From Squalus acanthias (taxonomy: Eukaryota): a stretch of DNA of 64,000 bases. Where the stretch lies: positions 29,514,001 through 29,578,000 of the forward strand of contig CM059433.1 in assembly GCA_030390025.1 (NCBI GenBank), in the 5' to 3' direction. Positions 38,750 through 48,831 of this stretch are shown piece after piece. The notes below the pieces were generated by a model that was given only the letters and a program-made list of their open reading frames with translations, made no database searches and was not told where the DNA came from. The translations under genes and the position numbers were made by a program. How positions within the stretch are numbered: position 1 is the stretch's first letter; each line of letters starts with the position of its first letter.

Positions 38750-40875
38750 ATTTATGACCCCTAGTTTTGGTCTCCCCTACAAGTGGAAACATCTTCTCTA
38801 CGTCTACCCTATCAAAACCCTTCATAATTTTAAAGACCTCTATCAGGTCACCCCTCAGCCCTCTCTTTTCTAGGTAAAAGAGCCCCAGCCTGTTCAGCAT
38901 TTCCTAATAAGTATATCCTCTCAGTTCTGGTGTCAGCCTGGTGAATCTTTTTTGCACCTTTTTCAGTGCCTCTATATCCTTTTTATAATATGGAGACCAG
39001 AACTGAGCGCAGTGCTCCGAGTGTGGTCTAACTAATGCTTTATATAAGTGTAACTTTGCTCCAATTGTATTTGCAATGCAAAACATCACTGCAACAGGTC
39101 ACTAACAAACTTGGCTGCTTGTGAAAGAAAGAACTTGCATTTATATAGCAACTTTCACGACCTCAGGACATCCCAAAGTGCTTCACAACAAATGGTGTCC
39201 TTTTTATTTTGAAGTGTTGCAATGTAGGAAGCATGACATTTTAAATTGTTCACTTTTTAATGATGGCAAGAGTTGACTTTCTCATAGGCTTCTCATTAAC
39301 ATTGGCATCAAGGAGCCCTAGTAAAATTGAAGTCAATGGGAATCAGGGGGAAATCTCTCCACTGGCTGGAGTCATACCTAGCACAAAGGAAGATGGTTGT
39401 GGTTGTTGGAGGCCAATCATCTCAACCTCGGGACATCGCTGCAGGAGTTTCTCAGGGCAGTGTCCTAGGCCCAATGATCTTCAGTTGCTTCATCAATGAC
39501 CTTCCCTCTATCATAAGGTCAGAAGTGGGGATGTTCGCTGATGATTGCACAGTGTTCAATTCTATTCGCAACTCGTCAGATAGTGAAGCTGTCCATGCAG
39601 CAACAACAACAACAACTTGTATTTATATAGTGCCTTTAATGTAGTAATATGTCACAAGACGTTTCACAGGAGCGTTATAAAACAAAATTTGGCACCAAAT
39701 CACATAAGGAGATATTGGCCCAGGTTTTGTGGTGGTAATGACAGCGAAACTGTCAGCGTTCGCCGTCATTACTCCTCGGAAAGTGACAGCAACATCTGGA
39801 GTCAGTGCATGTGGAGATAAATGCGTAAATCCAGAAGTTGCTGTCAGTGATTCTATGCTTCTACATCGGTTGTGCTCTGGAACTCTCCGGAGCCCACTGA
39901 AATGTAGGTCCTGATGAAAACTTCCCCTATTATGCTGGAATATCCCTGTTAATAACCCCCGAAAAAGTTAAGCCTTTATGAAAGAGGTGTAACTTTTTTT
40001 AACGGCCTATTGACTGCTGAACAACTGTTCTGGCCCTGAAAAACTAATTGGATATTTGTGGAATGTCAAATTTTTCAATTAATATGATGAGAATTACATG
40101 GTTTTTAATATTTTTTTTAAAGTTTATTGATGATCTTTCAGCTTCTACCTTAACCTATGCTTACCTTGCAATCTTTATTTTGTAAGACGCTTAGATTCAC
40201 CTTTTTCCTCCAACATGTCAAACAGTTTCCAAAGTCCAGACCCGTGGAACAGACAACACAAAACCCAAGGATTCAGGAATAAATTCCTTTACTTAAAATC
40301 AGCAAGAGGTTACAAGTAAGCTCACACAAACTGCTGCATATAATACTCCTGGTTATATCTAAGCATACACAGGTTTATTCTTTGGAGAATACTTCCTGGA
40401 CAGTTTATTCCCTTACTTTAAGATCAAGCAATAATAAGCCAAAACTACGTACTAACACCAGCGAGTGATCAATTCAGCGATGACCAGACGTATGACTTTA
40501 ACTGGCAACTGACCAAGTTGCCCCAGACTGCAGCCCCGAGTGTCTTCTAACAGCATCTTTTATACCTTAACTTGGCAATCCTCCCACTGTGTACGTGTCT
40601 CTAACTATATGGATAATGGTCACCAGTTGTTTTTCAGTTCTTCTTATCAATAGTTCGTTCAGCAAACGTGGGCCTTCAAGGCTGGTTACATTCCATAGTC
40701 TGAAGATGTTTCTGTTTTTGCACTGATTCAACAGCTCAATAGTCTGTTCCCACAGAACTTTCACAGTCTGTTTTCCTTATCTGTTGAAAGACAGTTGGCA
40801 GCTTTCACAGCTTACAACCATAGCATCTCAGCAACCAGTCTCTTGGCCTCACAAAGCATGATGGTACATAAAATG

Positions 40876-41359
40876 CAGAAAATGATAGCCAAGTTCCACA
40901 CTCATGAGGACGGCCTCAACCGGGATCTTGGGTTCATGTCACACTACATGACGTAGAGTCATCCAGACTCGAGTCATCGTTGGCTTGTTCACAGATGTGA
41001 TTTCCAGTAAAAAAAAAGTAAAAATTTTAAAGTTTATGGTTTTCCATACAGACTGCAGCATTTGACACATTAGACCCCCCGTGACCCCACCTCATTGTCT
41101 CAGTTGTATCTTGCTATGTCTTTGATGTGGTGCCTTCCTGGCTGACCTGATTGTTTCTCTGCCGAGGTGTGACGAAAGGCAGTCAGAAGGATTAAATGTA
41201 GTCGTCTGACATTGTACACTACACATGCATTGTTCTCTGTCTATATATGCTTTGCCGATTCGTATTCCTTCACTTCACCTGACGAAGGGGCAGCAGCTCC
41301 GAAAGCTTGTGATTTCAAATAAAACTGTTGGACTATAACCTGGTGTTGTGCGACTTCTC
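40876..41359 (+). mobile_element. Penelope-like element 3' end: ORF C-terminus plus pseudo-LTR with hammerhead motif
   Basis: QKMIAKFHTHEDGLNRDLGFMSHY (GLN motif at the end of the GIY-YIG domain); 10-bp TSD ACATAAAATG at 40866-40875 and 41360-41369. Confidence 0.88.
41275..41312 (+). ncRNA. Minimal type I hammerhead ribozyme motif
   Basis: TCAC-CTGACGA-A-GGGGC-AGCA-GCTCC-GAAA-GCTT-GTGA. Confidence 0.75.
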
Positions 41360-42649
41360 ACATAAAATGTGGTCAACTTTTAAGTTTTGGTCAAGTTACA
41401 GCAGAAGTTATAGCAAATAGTGTGTTCTCACAAATTCAAAAAGTAAATTCTAATCTGTGCATTTTACTTACTGGTTTGCTTTCTGTGAGAATTCTTCAAT
41501 GTCATTGGCTGTTTAGCCAGATTAATTACATCACTGTTGCTGGACGCTGGAGATTCTTTTGATTTGGTGCTAGATTCAAACTAACATCGGGAGAGTTGAA
41601 ATTCATGCCACAGAGATTGCTAGATCTTTGTGGGCAGCTTTCTTCAAGGTCAACGGTGAGTGCCGTCGCTCGCCACTGACCGCAAATTCTGGGCTTATAG
41701 GGCAGATGACCAAAAGCTTGGTCAAAGAGGTAGGTGCGTCTAAAAGGAGGAAAGAGAGGTGGAGAGGTTTAGGGAGGGAATTCCAGAGCTTAGGGCGTTG
41801 GCAGCTGAAGGCACAGCCACCAATGGTGGAGCGATTAAAATTGTGGATACTCAAGAGGGCAGAATTAGAGGAGTGTAGAGATTTTGGAGGGTTGTGTGGC
41901 TGAAGGAGATTACAGAGATAGGGAGGGGCGAGGCCATGGAGGGATTTGAAAACCAGGATGAGAATTTTAAAATTGAAGCATTGTTTAACTGGGACCCAAT
42001 GTAAGTCAGCAAGCACAGAGGTGATGGGTGAACAACACTTGGTGCAAGTTAGGACACTGGCAACAGCGTTTTGGATGACCTCAAGTTTACGGACGGTAGA
42101 ACGTGGGAGGCCGGCCAGGAGTGCATGGAATAGTCAAGTCTAGAGGTAACAAAGGCATGGATGAGGGTTTCAGCAGCGGATGAGCTGAGGCGGGGCAGAT
42201 TCGGGCGATGTTGCCGAAGTGGAAATAGGCAGTCTTAGTGATAGCATGTATATATGGTCAGAACTCATCTCGGGGTCAAATATGACACCAAGGTTGCGAA
42301 CAGTCTGGTTCAGCCTCCGACAATTGCCAGGGAGAGTGATGGGGCTGGATTTTCCCAGTGGAGGCAGGTTCACGGTGGGAGAGCTGGTTGGTGGATTCCG
42401 GTCCCGCTCCTGGCTGCAGCCACTCTGTGAAAAGGATTTTCCATTAATAGGGCTTGTTAAGCCCGCCCTGCGGGGTCCCTGGCCAATTAAAAGGAAGCGG
42501 GTCTGATGACATCATTTGATGACGCGTCATCAGCCAGTTTCCTTAAAGGGGCCATGTCCACATTCATTTTGACAATTGTGCTATCCGTGTTCTGCAGCAT
42601 TGAGGTGCTGGAAACACTGACAGTCACTGCACAAAGGTGCACAGCTGCA

Positions 42650-42859
42650 CCCAGGCTCTCCCATGACTCCCTCCAGATGCTTATGGACGGAGTCACAGCA
42701 CGCAGGGAAGTTCTCTTCCCTTCCCATGGGCGGAAGAGATCTCCCCAGGACACCAACGCAGCCTGGTTGCACGTTGCACAGGAGGGCAAAAGCAGGGATG
42801 TCATCAGTAGTACCAGGCTGCAGTGGCGCAAACCTTTCAATGATCTCAGTAGATCACGA
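42650..42859 (+). pseudogene. Relic of the Harbinger Myb/SANT-like DNA-binding protein (MSANTD/NAIF1 type)
   Basis: PRLSHDSLQMLMDGVTARREVLFP..AWLHVAQE..RLQWRKPFNDLSR fits the PRFS..L....V..R...L....W..VA.......Q.RK.FNDL pattern. Confidence 0.8.
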
Positions 42860-43099
42860 AACGTTACTGCAAAGCCACACTCAACCTCATCCTGCTGTGC
42901 CACCCATCACATCCCCATAATTCTGCCTTCTCTACCCTACTCCTGCACATCCTTACTCACACCAACTTACCTTGCACCTCCATCCATTCCTCGCTATCTA
43001 CAATATCACTTCCCCATCTCACTAGCCACCCCTCACACTCGCCCTCATCCTAGTCCAATCATTCCAACTAACAACGCATAAGGGTAGGCACTTGGGTGT

Positions 43100-43314
43100 T
43101 GTCATAAATCGCAAGTAACAACTCAGGAAGTACTACTGGGCGGCCAGCTGGGGCGCCGTCCAGGGAGTATAAATACTCAGGCATGGGCCCACCTTGGGGA
43201 GAGACAATCTGGAAACAGGAAGCTAGTGACTGCTAACTAGACCTCCATGTTTTGTTACAAGTTGATTAAAGCCTTGCTTTATGTTCAAGTGCGTAGTGAG
43301 TCTTTATTACGTCA
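43100..43314 (+). repeat. 5' LTR (TATAAAT at 43168-43174; ATTAAA at 43265-43270)
   Basis: Direct repeat of 47396-47610; no differences found by eye. Confidence 0.97.
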
Positions 43315-43315
43315 A

Positions 43316-43328
43316 TTTAATCAACTTG
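43316..43328 (+). promoter_or_regulatory. Non-tRNA primer-binding site, complementary to the element's own LTR
   Basis: TTTAATCAACTTG is the exact reverse complement of CAAGTTGATTAAA (43258-43270); no TGG start. Confidence 0.8.
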
Positions 43329-43414
43329 ATATCGTCTCCACGCTTTGGGTGATTCGGAACAACCAGCTGCAACTCGAACCACAGAAGGGAACTTGGGCAA
43401 GAAACTGATCCATC

Positions 43415-44815
43415 ATGGAAAAACTCCTTAGACCCGCTCGTCTCGACCTGGACCCGAATGCACCTGCGGCAGCAAAGGTATGGAAGCATTGGTTTCGTAC
43501 CTTTAGCAACTTTCTTGAAGAATGTGGGGCGGATGTCCCTAATAAGTTACGAATGCTTATCAACTACGTGTCTCCTCATGTGTATGATTATATTGAGGAC
43601 TGTATAGACTATGACACTGCTATCGAAATCTTACAGCAGCTATATGTCAAGTCCCCAAATGAAATCTTTGCTCGACACCTACTGGCCACAACTCGGCAGC
43701 AGCCTGGGGAATCACTCGATGAATTTCTCCAGAAACTTCGCAGGCTCAGCAAGGATTGTAACCTTAAAGCAGTTTCAGCTGAACAGTATCAAGAGGAACT
43801 AATCCGCGATTCCTTTATCAATGGAATCGCGTCCCCTTTTATACGTCAGCGCCTGCTGGAAAATAAAACCCTCAATTTACGGGCTGCTTATGACCAGGCG
43901 TGTTCCTTGGACTTGGCCAAGAAAAATGCAGACACTTATCTCCCACCACGTGCACGGGCGGCGGCTATCTCCTTTAATGAGTCTTTCGGTAGGTCTCGGG
44001 CGGATGCCCCCACTGATGTTGACTCTACTCTAACAGACGACGACCCTACCCTAGAGGCCTTCGCTGATGACGACCCCGCCCTAGCAGCATCCTGGCAATC
44101 AGGAAGAAAGTGTTTCTTTTGTGGAGGGGCGTGCCATCACAGAAAATTTTGCCCGGCTCGTAATGTGACCTGCAATCATTGCAGCAAGAAAGGACACTTT
44201 TCCAAGGTATGCCAGTCACGGGCCTTTGCTAACAAGAAAGGCCGCTCCTCTAAAGTATACCGGTCGAGAGCTCCTGTTAGCTTCACAGCTGCTATCTATG
44301 GAGTTGCTCCTCCCCCAAGAACTACTGTTAAGGCTACAGTTGCCGAAGGGAAAATTGCCCCTCCTCCCATCACGGCTGTTTTTCCCCAAAGTTTGTCCCA
44401 TGCAGCCACGAAGGTTTCAGTAAATGGGCACACTCTAAGCGCGCTAATCGACTCCTGCAGCTCTGACAGCTTCATTAGTAAGCGGGCTGTCAACAGGTTA
44501 AAACTGCACATTTATCCCTCGGACAGGGAGATTGCAATGGCTCTGACGACTCTGACCACCAATTCTTTTGGCTTCTGTCTGGTCAACCTCATCCTCAACG
44601 GCCGCACGTATCTCTCCACCCGGCTCGGAGTACTCACAAACTTATGCAGCGATGTGCTTCTGGGACAGGACTTCCAGAAGCAGCACAAGAAGATCACTTT
44701 TGAGTTTGGAGGGTCAAGGCCGGAGCTTACCATTTCTAAGGTGCCGTTTTGTGCACTCTCGGCGGCCTTACTCGGTGAACCCTCCCTGTTTGCCAATCTT
44801 CCCCCCCCGCTGTAA
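43415..44815 (+). CDS. gag: Gag (two CCHC zinc knuckles) plus aspartic protease
   Basis: QQPGESLDEF; CFFCGGACHHRKFC and CNHCSKKGHFSKVC; ALIDSCSSDSFI..LLGQDF. Confidence 0.93.
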   Translation: MEKLLRPARLDLDPNAPAAAKVWKHWFRTFSNFLEECGADVPNKLRMLINYVSPHVYDYIEDCIDYDTAIEILQQLYVKSPNEIFARHLLATTRQQPGESLDEFLQKLRRLSKDCNLKAVSAEQYQEELIRDSFINGIASPFIRQRLLENKTLNLRAAYDQACSLDLAKKNADTYLPPRARAAAISFNESFGRSRADAPTDVDSTLTDDDPTLEAFADDDPALAASWQSGRKCFFCGGACHHRKFCPARNVTCNHCSKKGHFSKVCQSRAFANKKGRSSKVYRSRAPVSFTAAIYGVAPPPRTTVKATVAEGKIAPPPITAVFPQSLSHAATKVSVNGHTLSALIDSCSSDSFISKRAVNRLKLHIYPSDREIAMALTTLTTNSFGFCLVNLILNGRTYLSTRLGVLTNLCSDVLLGQDFQKQHKKITFEFGGSRPELTISKVPFCALSAALLGEPSLFANLPPPL

Positions 44816-47357
44816 ACCCATAGCCACCAAATCGCGGCGCTTTAGCCAAGATGATCGAGCATTTATTGAGGTGGAAATCTCTCGCCTTTTAGTCGACGGT
44901 ATTATCGAGCCATGTTCATCTCCCTGGCGGGCTCAGGTCGTCATCGTGAGGAATCCCTTAAAACAACATAAAAAACGTCTGTGTATCGATTATTCGCAGA
45001 CTATTAATCTATATACCGATCTGGATGCCTACCCGCTGCCACGCATAGATGACATGGTCAACAACCTTGCCAAATACAAGGTATTCTCGACCTTCGATTT
45101 AAAAAGCGCGTACCATCAGGTGCCACTGCAAGACTCCGACAAGAAGTATACGGCCTTTGAGGCCAATGGTCGGCTTTTCCAGTTTCGCCGCCTTCCATTC
45201 GGGGTCACCAATGGGGTGGCCGTCTTCCAACGGGCCATGGATGGCCTAGTCCGGCAAGAGAACTTGACGGATACCTTTCCGTATTTAGACAATATCACTA
45301 TTGCCGGCCATGATCAAAAGGAGCATGACGCCAATCTTCAGAGATTTTTTGACGTACTCCGCCGTCGCCACTTAACGTTAAACGAATCCAAATCGGTGAA
45401 GTCGGTGCCATCGGTGAACATTCTTGGCTACTGGGTGGGCAACGGTGTTATTAAACCGGACCCAGAGCGACTTCGTCCACTTCAGGAGCTCCCTCCCCCG
45501 ACGAACCTCGGCTCTCTTCGTCGGGCACTTGGCATGTTTGCTTATTACGCAAAATGGATACCACACTTCTCCGATAAAATACAGCCCCTGCTCCATGCGA
45601 AGTCTTTTCCATTGGAAGCTACAGCTATTTCTGCCTTCAACCTCCTCAAACGACAGCTGGAGAAAGCCACGCTTCGCTCCATTGACGAAAATCTTCCTTT
45701 TGTGGTCGAATGCGATGCATCGGAGGTGGCGATCTCCGCTACCTTGAATCAAGGTGGCCGACCCGTGGCATTCCTATCCAGAACCTTGCAGGGTAGCGAG
45801 CTCCATTACCCCCCCGTCGAGAAGGAGGCTACGGCCATCATCGAGGCTGTACGCCAATGGGGTCATTTTCTTGCTCGGCGTCATTTTACGCTTATAACTG
45901 ACCAGCGCTCTGTGGCCTTCATGTTGGATAACCGGAGGCGCACGAAAATCAAAAATAATAAAATTCAACTCTGGAGGATGGAGCTGGCTGCCTTTGGATA
46001 TACTATCTGTTACCGACCCGGCAAACAGAACGTGGCCCCAGATACCTTCACACGGGCATTTTGCTCCTCAATGTCAACGTCGACTCTGGCGGATTTGCAT
46101 ATGGACTTATGCCATCCTGGTGTGACCCGCATGTTGCACTTTGTGCGCTCCAAAAATCTACCATTTTCAACCGAGGACGTAAAGAAAACATGCTCCTCCT
46201 GTAGGATTTGTGCAGAATTGAAACCACAATTCTTTCGCCCATCAGATGGCTTACTCATACATGCAATGCAGCCTATGCAGAGGCTCAGCATAGACTTTAA
46301 AGGGCCATTGCCTTCGTCGACAAGGAACACCTATCTACTTACGATGGTGGACGAGTATTCACGCTTTCCCTTCGCCTTCCCCTGCCCTAATATGCTTACC
46401 TCTACGGTAATTAAATGCCTCGATCAGGTCTTTTCCCTTTGCGGGACGGACAATTTTATCCACACTGATCGGGGTCCCTCCTTTATGTCGAGTGAACTTA
46501 AAAGTTATCTCTCCCAACGGGGAATCGCCTCAAGTAGGACGACACCATATCACCCAATCGGTAACGGACAGGTTGAACGATACAATGCCATCATCTGGAA
46601 CGCTGTCCGTCTGGCACTAAGGTCATGCAACCTGCCGGACTAGCAGTGGGAAACGGTGCTCCCCGACGTGTTACACTCTATCAGGTCTCTTCTCTCCACA
46701 TCTACTAATGTCACGCCTCATGAGCGATTCTTCAAATTCCGGCGTCGCTCTACACATGGGACGTCTCTACCGTCATGGTTGGTGGCTCCAGGCCCGGTGC
46801 TACTCCGGAGGTTCGTCCGGTCTGCCAAAAACGACCCTCTCGTTGACGAGGTGGAGTTAACGGAGGTAAACCCCACGTATGCGCACGTACGGTATCCTGA
46901 TGGCCGGGAGACCACCGTCTCGCTCCGAGATCTGGCTCCCTGCCCAACCGGTCACACGGGCCCGAATGATGAAGGATCCCCCGACAATGATATCAACACT
47001 CCGCACCCCTATGAAAATGACGCCCCGCCTGGGACATCGGGGGATCTGCCGGCAACGCTACCGGATCAACTCAGGGAGCTGGACGCTCCCCGTAGGATGG
47101 CCACCCGAAACCAGGACGCCGGACAATCTCCAGCCACGACCCGGGATGAGGCCAGCTCAGCACCTGTGGGGACCCGCACCCGGAGTCATGATATTCCCAG
47201 TCCTCCACAGGATGATCAAGATGACGCGGACTCTACTGACTTACCGGTACGGGCCAAGCGACCCAGGGACCAGGACACGGTCCGGGGAGACGTGCCTTCC
47301 AGTCACAAGCAGAGAGCTAAACGTCTGCGGCTATTTCTGGTCCGCCTAGTCCGTTAA
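44802..47357 (+). CDS. pol: Pol (RT, RNase H, integrase); separated from gag-pro by a frameshift in a C8 run and interrupted by an in-frame TAG at 46641-46643
   Basis: RLCIDYS, FDLKSAYHQ, LPFG, YLDN; CDAS..EKE..TDQ; H-H-CxxC; SIDFKGP/HTDRG/GQVERYN; the ORF from 46656 is in the same frame. Confidence 0.93.
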
Positions 47358-47383
47358 AGGAAGACTGGACTTCCAAACCTTTT

Positions 47384-47395
47384 AGGGAGGAAGAA
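47384..47395 (+). promoter_or_regulatory. Polypurine tract
   Basis: AGGGAGGAAGAA immediately upstream of the 3' LTR. Confidence 0.9.
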
Positions 47396-47610
47396 TGTCA
47401 TAAATCGCAAGTAACAACTCAGGAAGTACTACTGGGCGGCCAGCTGGGGCGCCGTCCAGGGAGTATAAATACTCAGGCATGGGCCCACCTTGGGGAGAGA
47501 CAATCTGGAAACAGGAAGCTAGTGACTGCTAACTAGACCTCCATGTTTTGTTACAAGTTGATTAAAGCCTTGCTTTATGTTCAAGTGCGTAGTGAGTCTT
47601 TATTACGTCA
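47396..47610 (+). repeat. 3' LTR
   Basis: Direct repeat of 43100-43314. Confidence 0.97.
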
Positions 47611-48831
47611 GGTGTCTTATGCAATGTTCATGTAAATTTTTTGTTAATGTGTTGTCAAACTTTGAAATCTTTATTTTCAACACTTTGCCTTATTGTATAG
47701 ATCTGTGCTCACCTTTAGAAGTGTCTTAGTGAGTTGCAGTGAATGGTGAGACATAACGGTATCCCCCGCAATGGTGATGAGTGTGAAAGTAACGGCTTGG
47801 TCATTGTAGGAATGCTTTATGGTGCTGGTGTGGGGTAGTGTTAACCTGGCGCATCATGTGGCAGCCAGGGTGTACAGCTTCAAGTGAAGTAAATCTGGCC
47901 ATGGTGATGCCATTGCTGGCCTCCCGGGCAGCAATGTGGTCGGGTGCTGATGCCCTGTGTCCTGTGCAGCATCAGGTGATTGCGGAGAAGGTTGGTGTTG
48001 TTGTTGGTGATGTTGGTGTGCCTGGTGATGTTGGTGTTGGGGCTGATCGTGGAGGGATTCAGAGGACCAAGGTGAGATTTTTTCAAGGGCACCGATGTTG
48101 CTGGAATAGATGGCAGCTGAAGTTGAGATGACAGAAGCGATCTGTCAATGGTGAGAGAGCTTGCTCCAAGGAGGTGACAGTGGATAGACAGTTTACTCCA
48201 AACACTTCCAAACTGCATACAGCTCAAAAGTGTCTTCCAGGTCCTGAAGGCTCAAGTTTCTGACATTGGAAAGTGACCAGCTGTGAAATGGTAGCTTTCA
48301 TACCACTTTTGCAGCTGTCACCTATTCACAGCAATGGGGAGACACAGAGAACCCGACCTACTTACCTGACGTGATCCCCGAACGACGGGAACCCCGTTAA
48401 AAATGTGGGAAAATAGAAAAAGGCTGGCAAAATAGTCGTTAACAAGCAGTTAACTATCTTAAATGCCTCACCCGCTGCTTGGTGTCGGGTCTGTTCTGAA
48501 ATCGCAGAGCCGACACTTTGGAAACTTACATGGAGGCGGGTTCGCGGTGTGTTCCCAACCCGCTGTCAATCATTTTGAATTTAACAGCTGACTCGTCTCT
48601 GAACCCGCACTCTGAGCGCCGGCAAAATCACAGCCATGGAGTCAGTGGCTAGGGAACAGAGTTTGTGGTGGGGACCGAAGACAACAGTTTTGGTCTTCCT
48701 AATATTTCTGCTCATCCAGTACTGAATGTTGGACAAGCAGTCTGACAATTTCGAGACAGTGGAGTGATTGAGAGAGGTGGTGGTGAGGTAGAGCTGGGTG
48801 TCATCAGCGTACATGTGGAAACTGACACTGT

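Larger units (their letters stand above)
38027..39050 (-). mobile_element. CR1 3' region interrupted by a Penelope-like insertion
   Basis: LYKALVRPHSEHCAQFWSPY on the minus strand. Confidence 0.85.
40181..41432 (-). mobile_element. Possible solo LTR (about 760 bp without the Penelope insert)
   Basis: TG..CA ends; minus-strand TATAAAA near 40560 and AGTAAA near 40290; no clean TSD. Confidence 0.35.
39717..41695. mobile_element. Harbinger-type MITE carrying nested insertions
   Basis: Ends GGCCCAGGTTTTG / CAAATTCTGGGC; the L2 3' UTR rejoins across it. Confidence 0.65.
43100..47610 (+). mobile_element. Full-length Ty3/Gypsy LTR retrotransposon (4511 bp), recent insertion
   Basis: Identical 215-bp LTRs TGTCA..CGTCA; 5-bp TSD GGTGT at 43095-43099 and 47611-47615; domain order gag-PR-RT-RH-IN. 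Confidence 0.98.
42342..48635 (+). mobile_element. Non-autonomous Harbinger element (about 1.8 kb without the nested Gypsy)
   Basis: Ends GGGCTGGATTTT / AAAATCACAGCC; TSD ATG; L2 rejoins across it. Confidence 0.88.
39600..48831 (-). mobile_element. L2 LINE in pieces (39600-39716, 41696-42341, 48636-48831)
   Basis: (AAC)n tail; LADLHWVPV..FKILILVFKSLHGLAPPYL; FHMYADDTQLY. Confidence 0.88.

Noticed and set aside
42506..43081. 191-aa ORF as a functional host MSANTD/NAIF1-like gene
   Set aside because: It lies inside a TIR/TSD-bounded element, conserved residues are altered, and sister copies carry stops or deletions
46656..47357. Separate env-like or accessory third ORF of the Gypsy element
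   Set aside because: It is in frame with pol and continues the integrase after a single TAG; no signal peptide, transmembrane segment or chromodomain is evident
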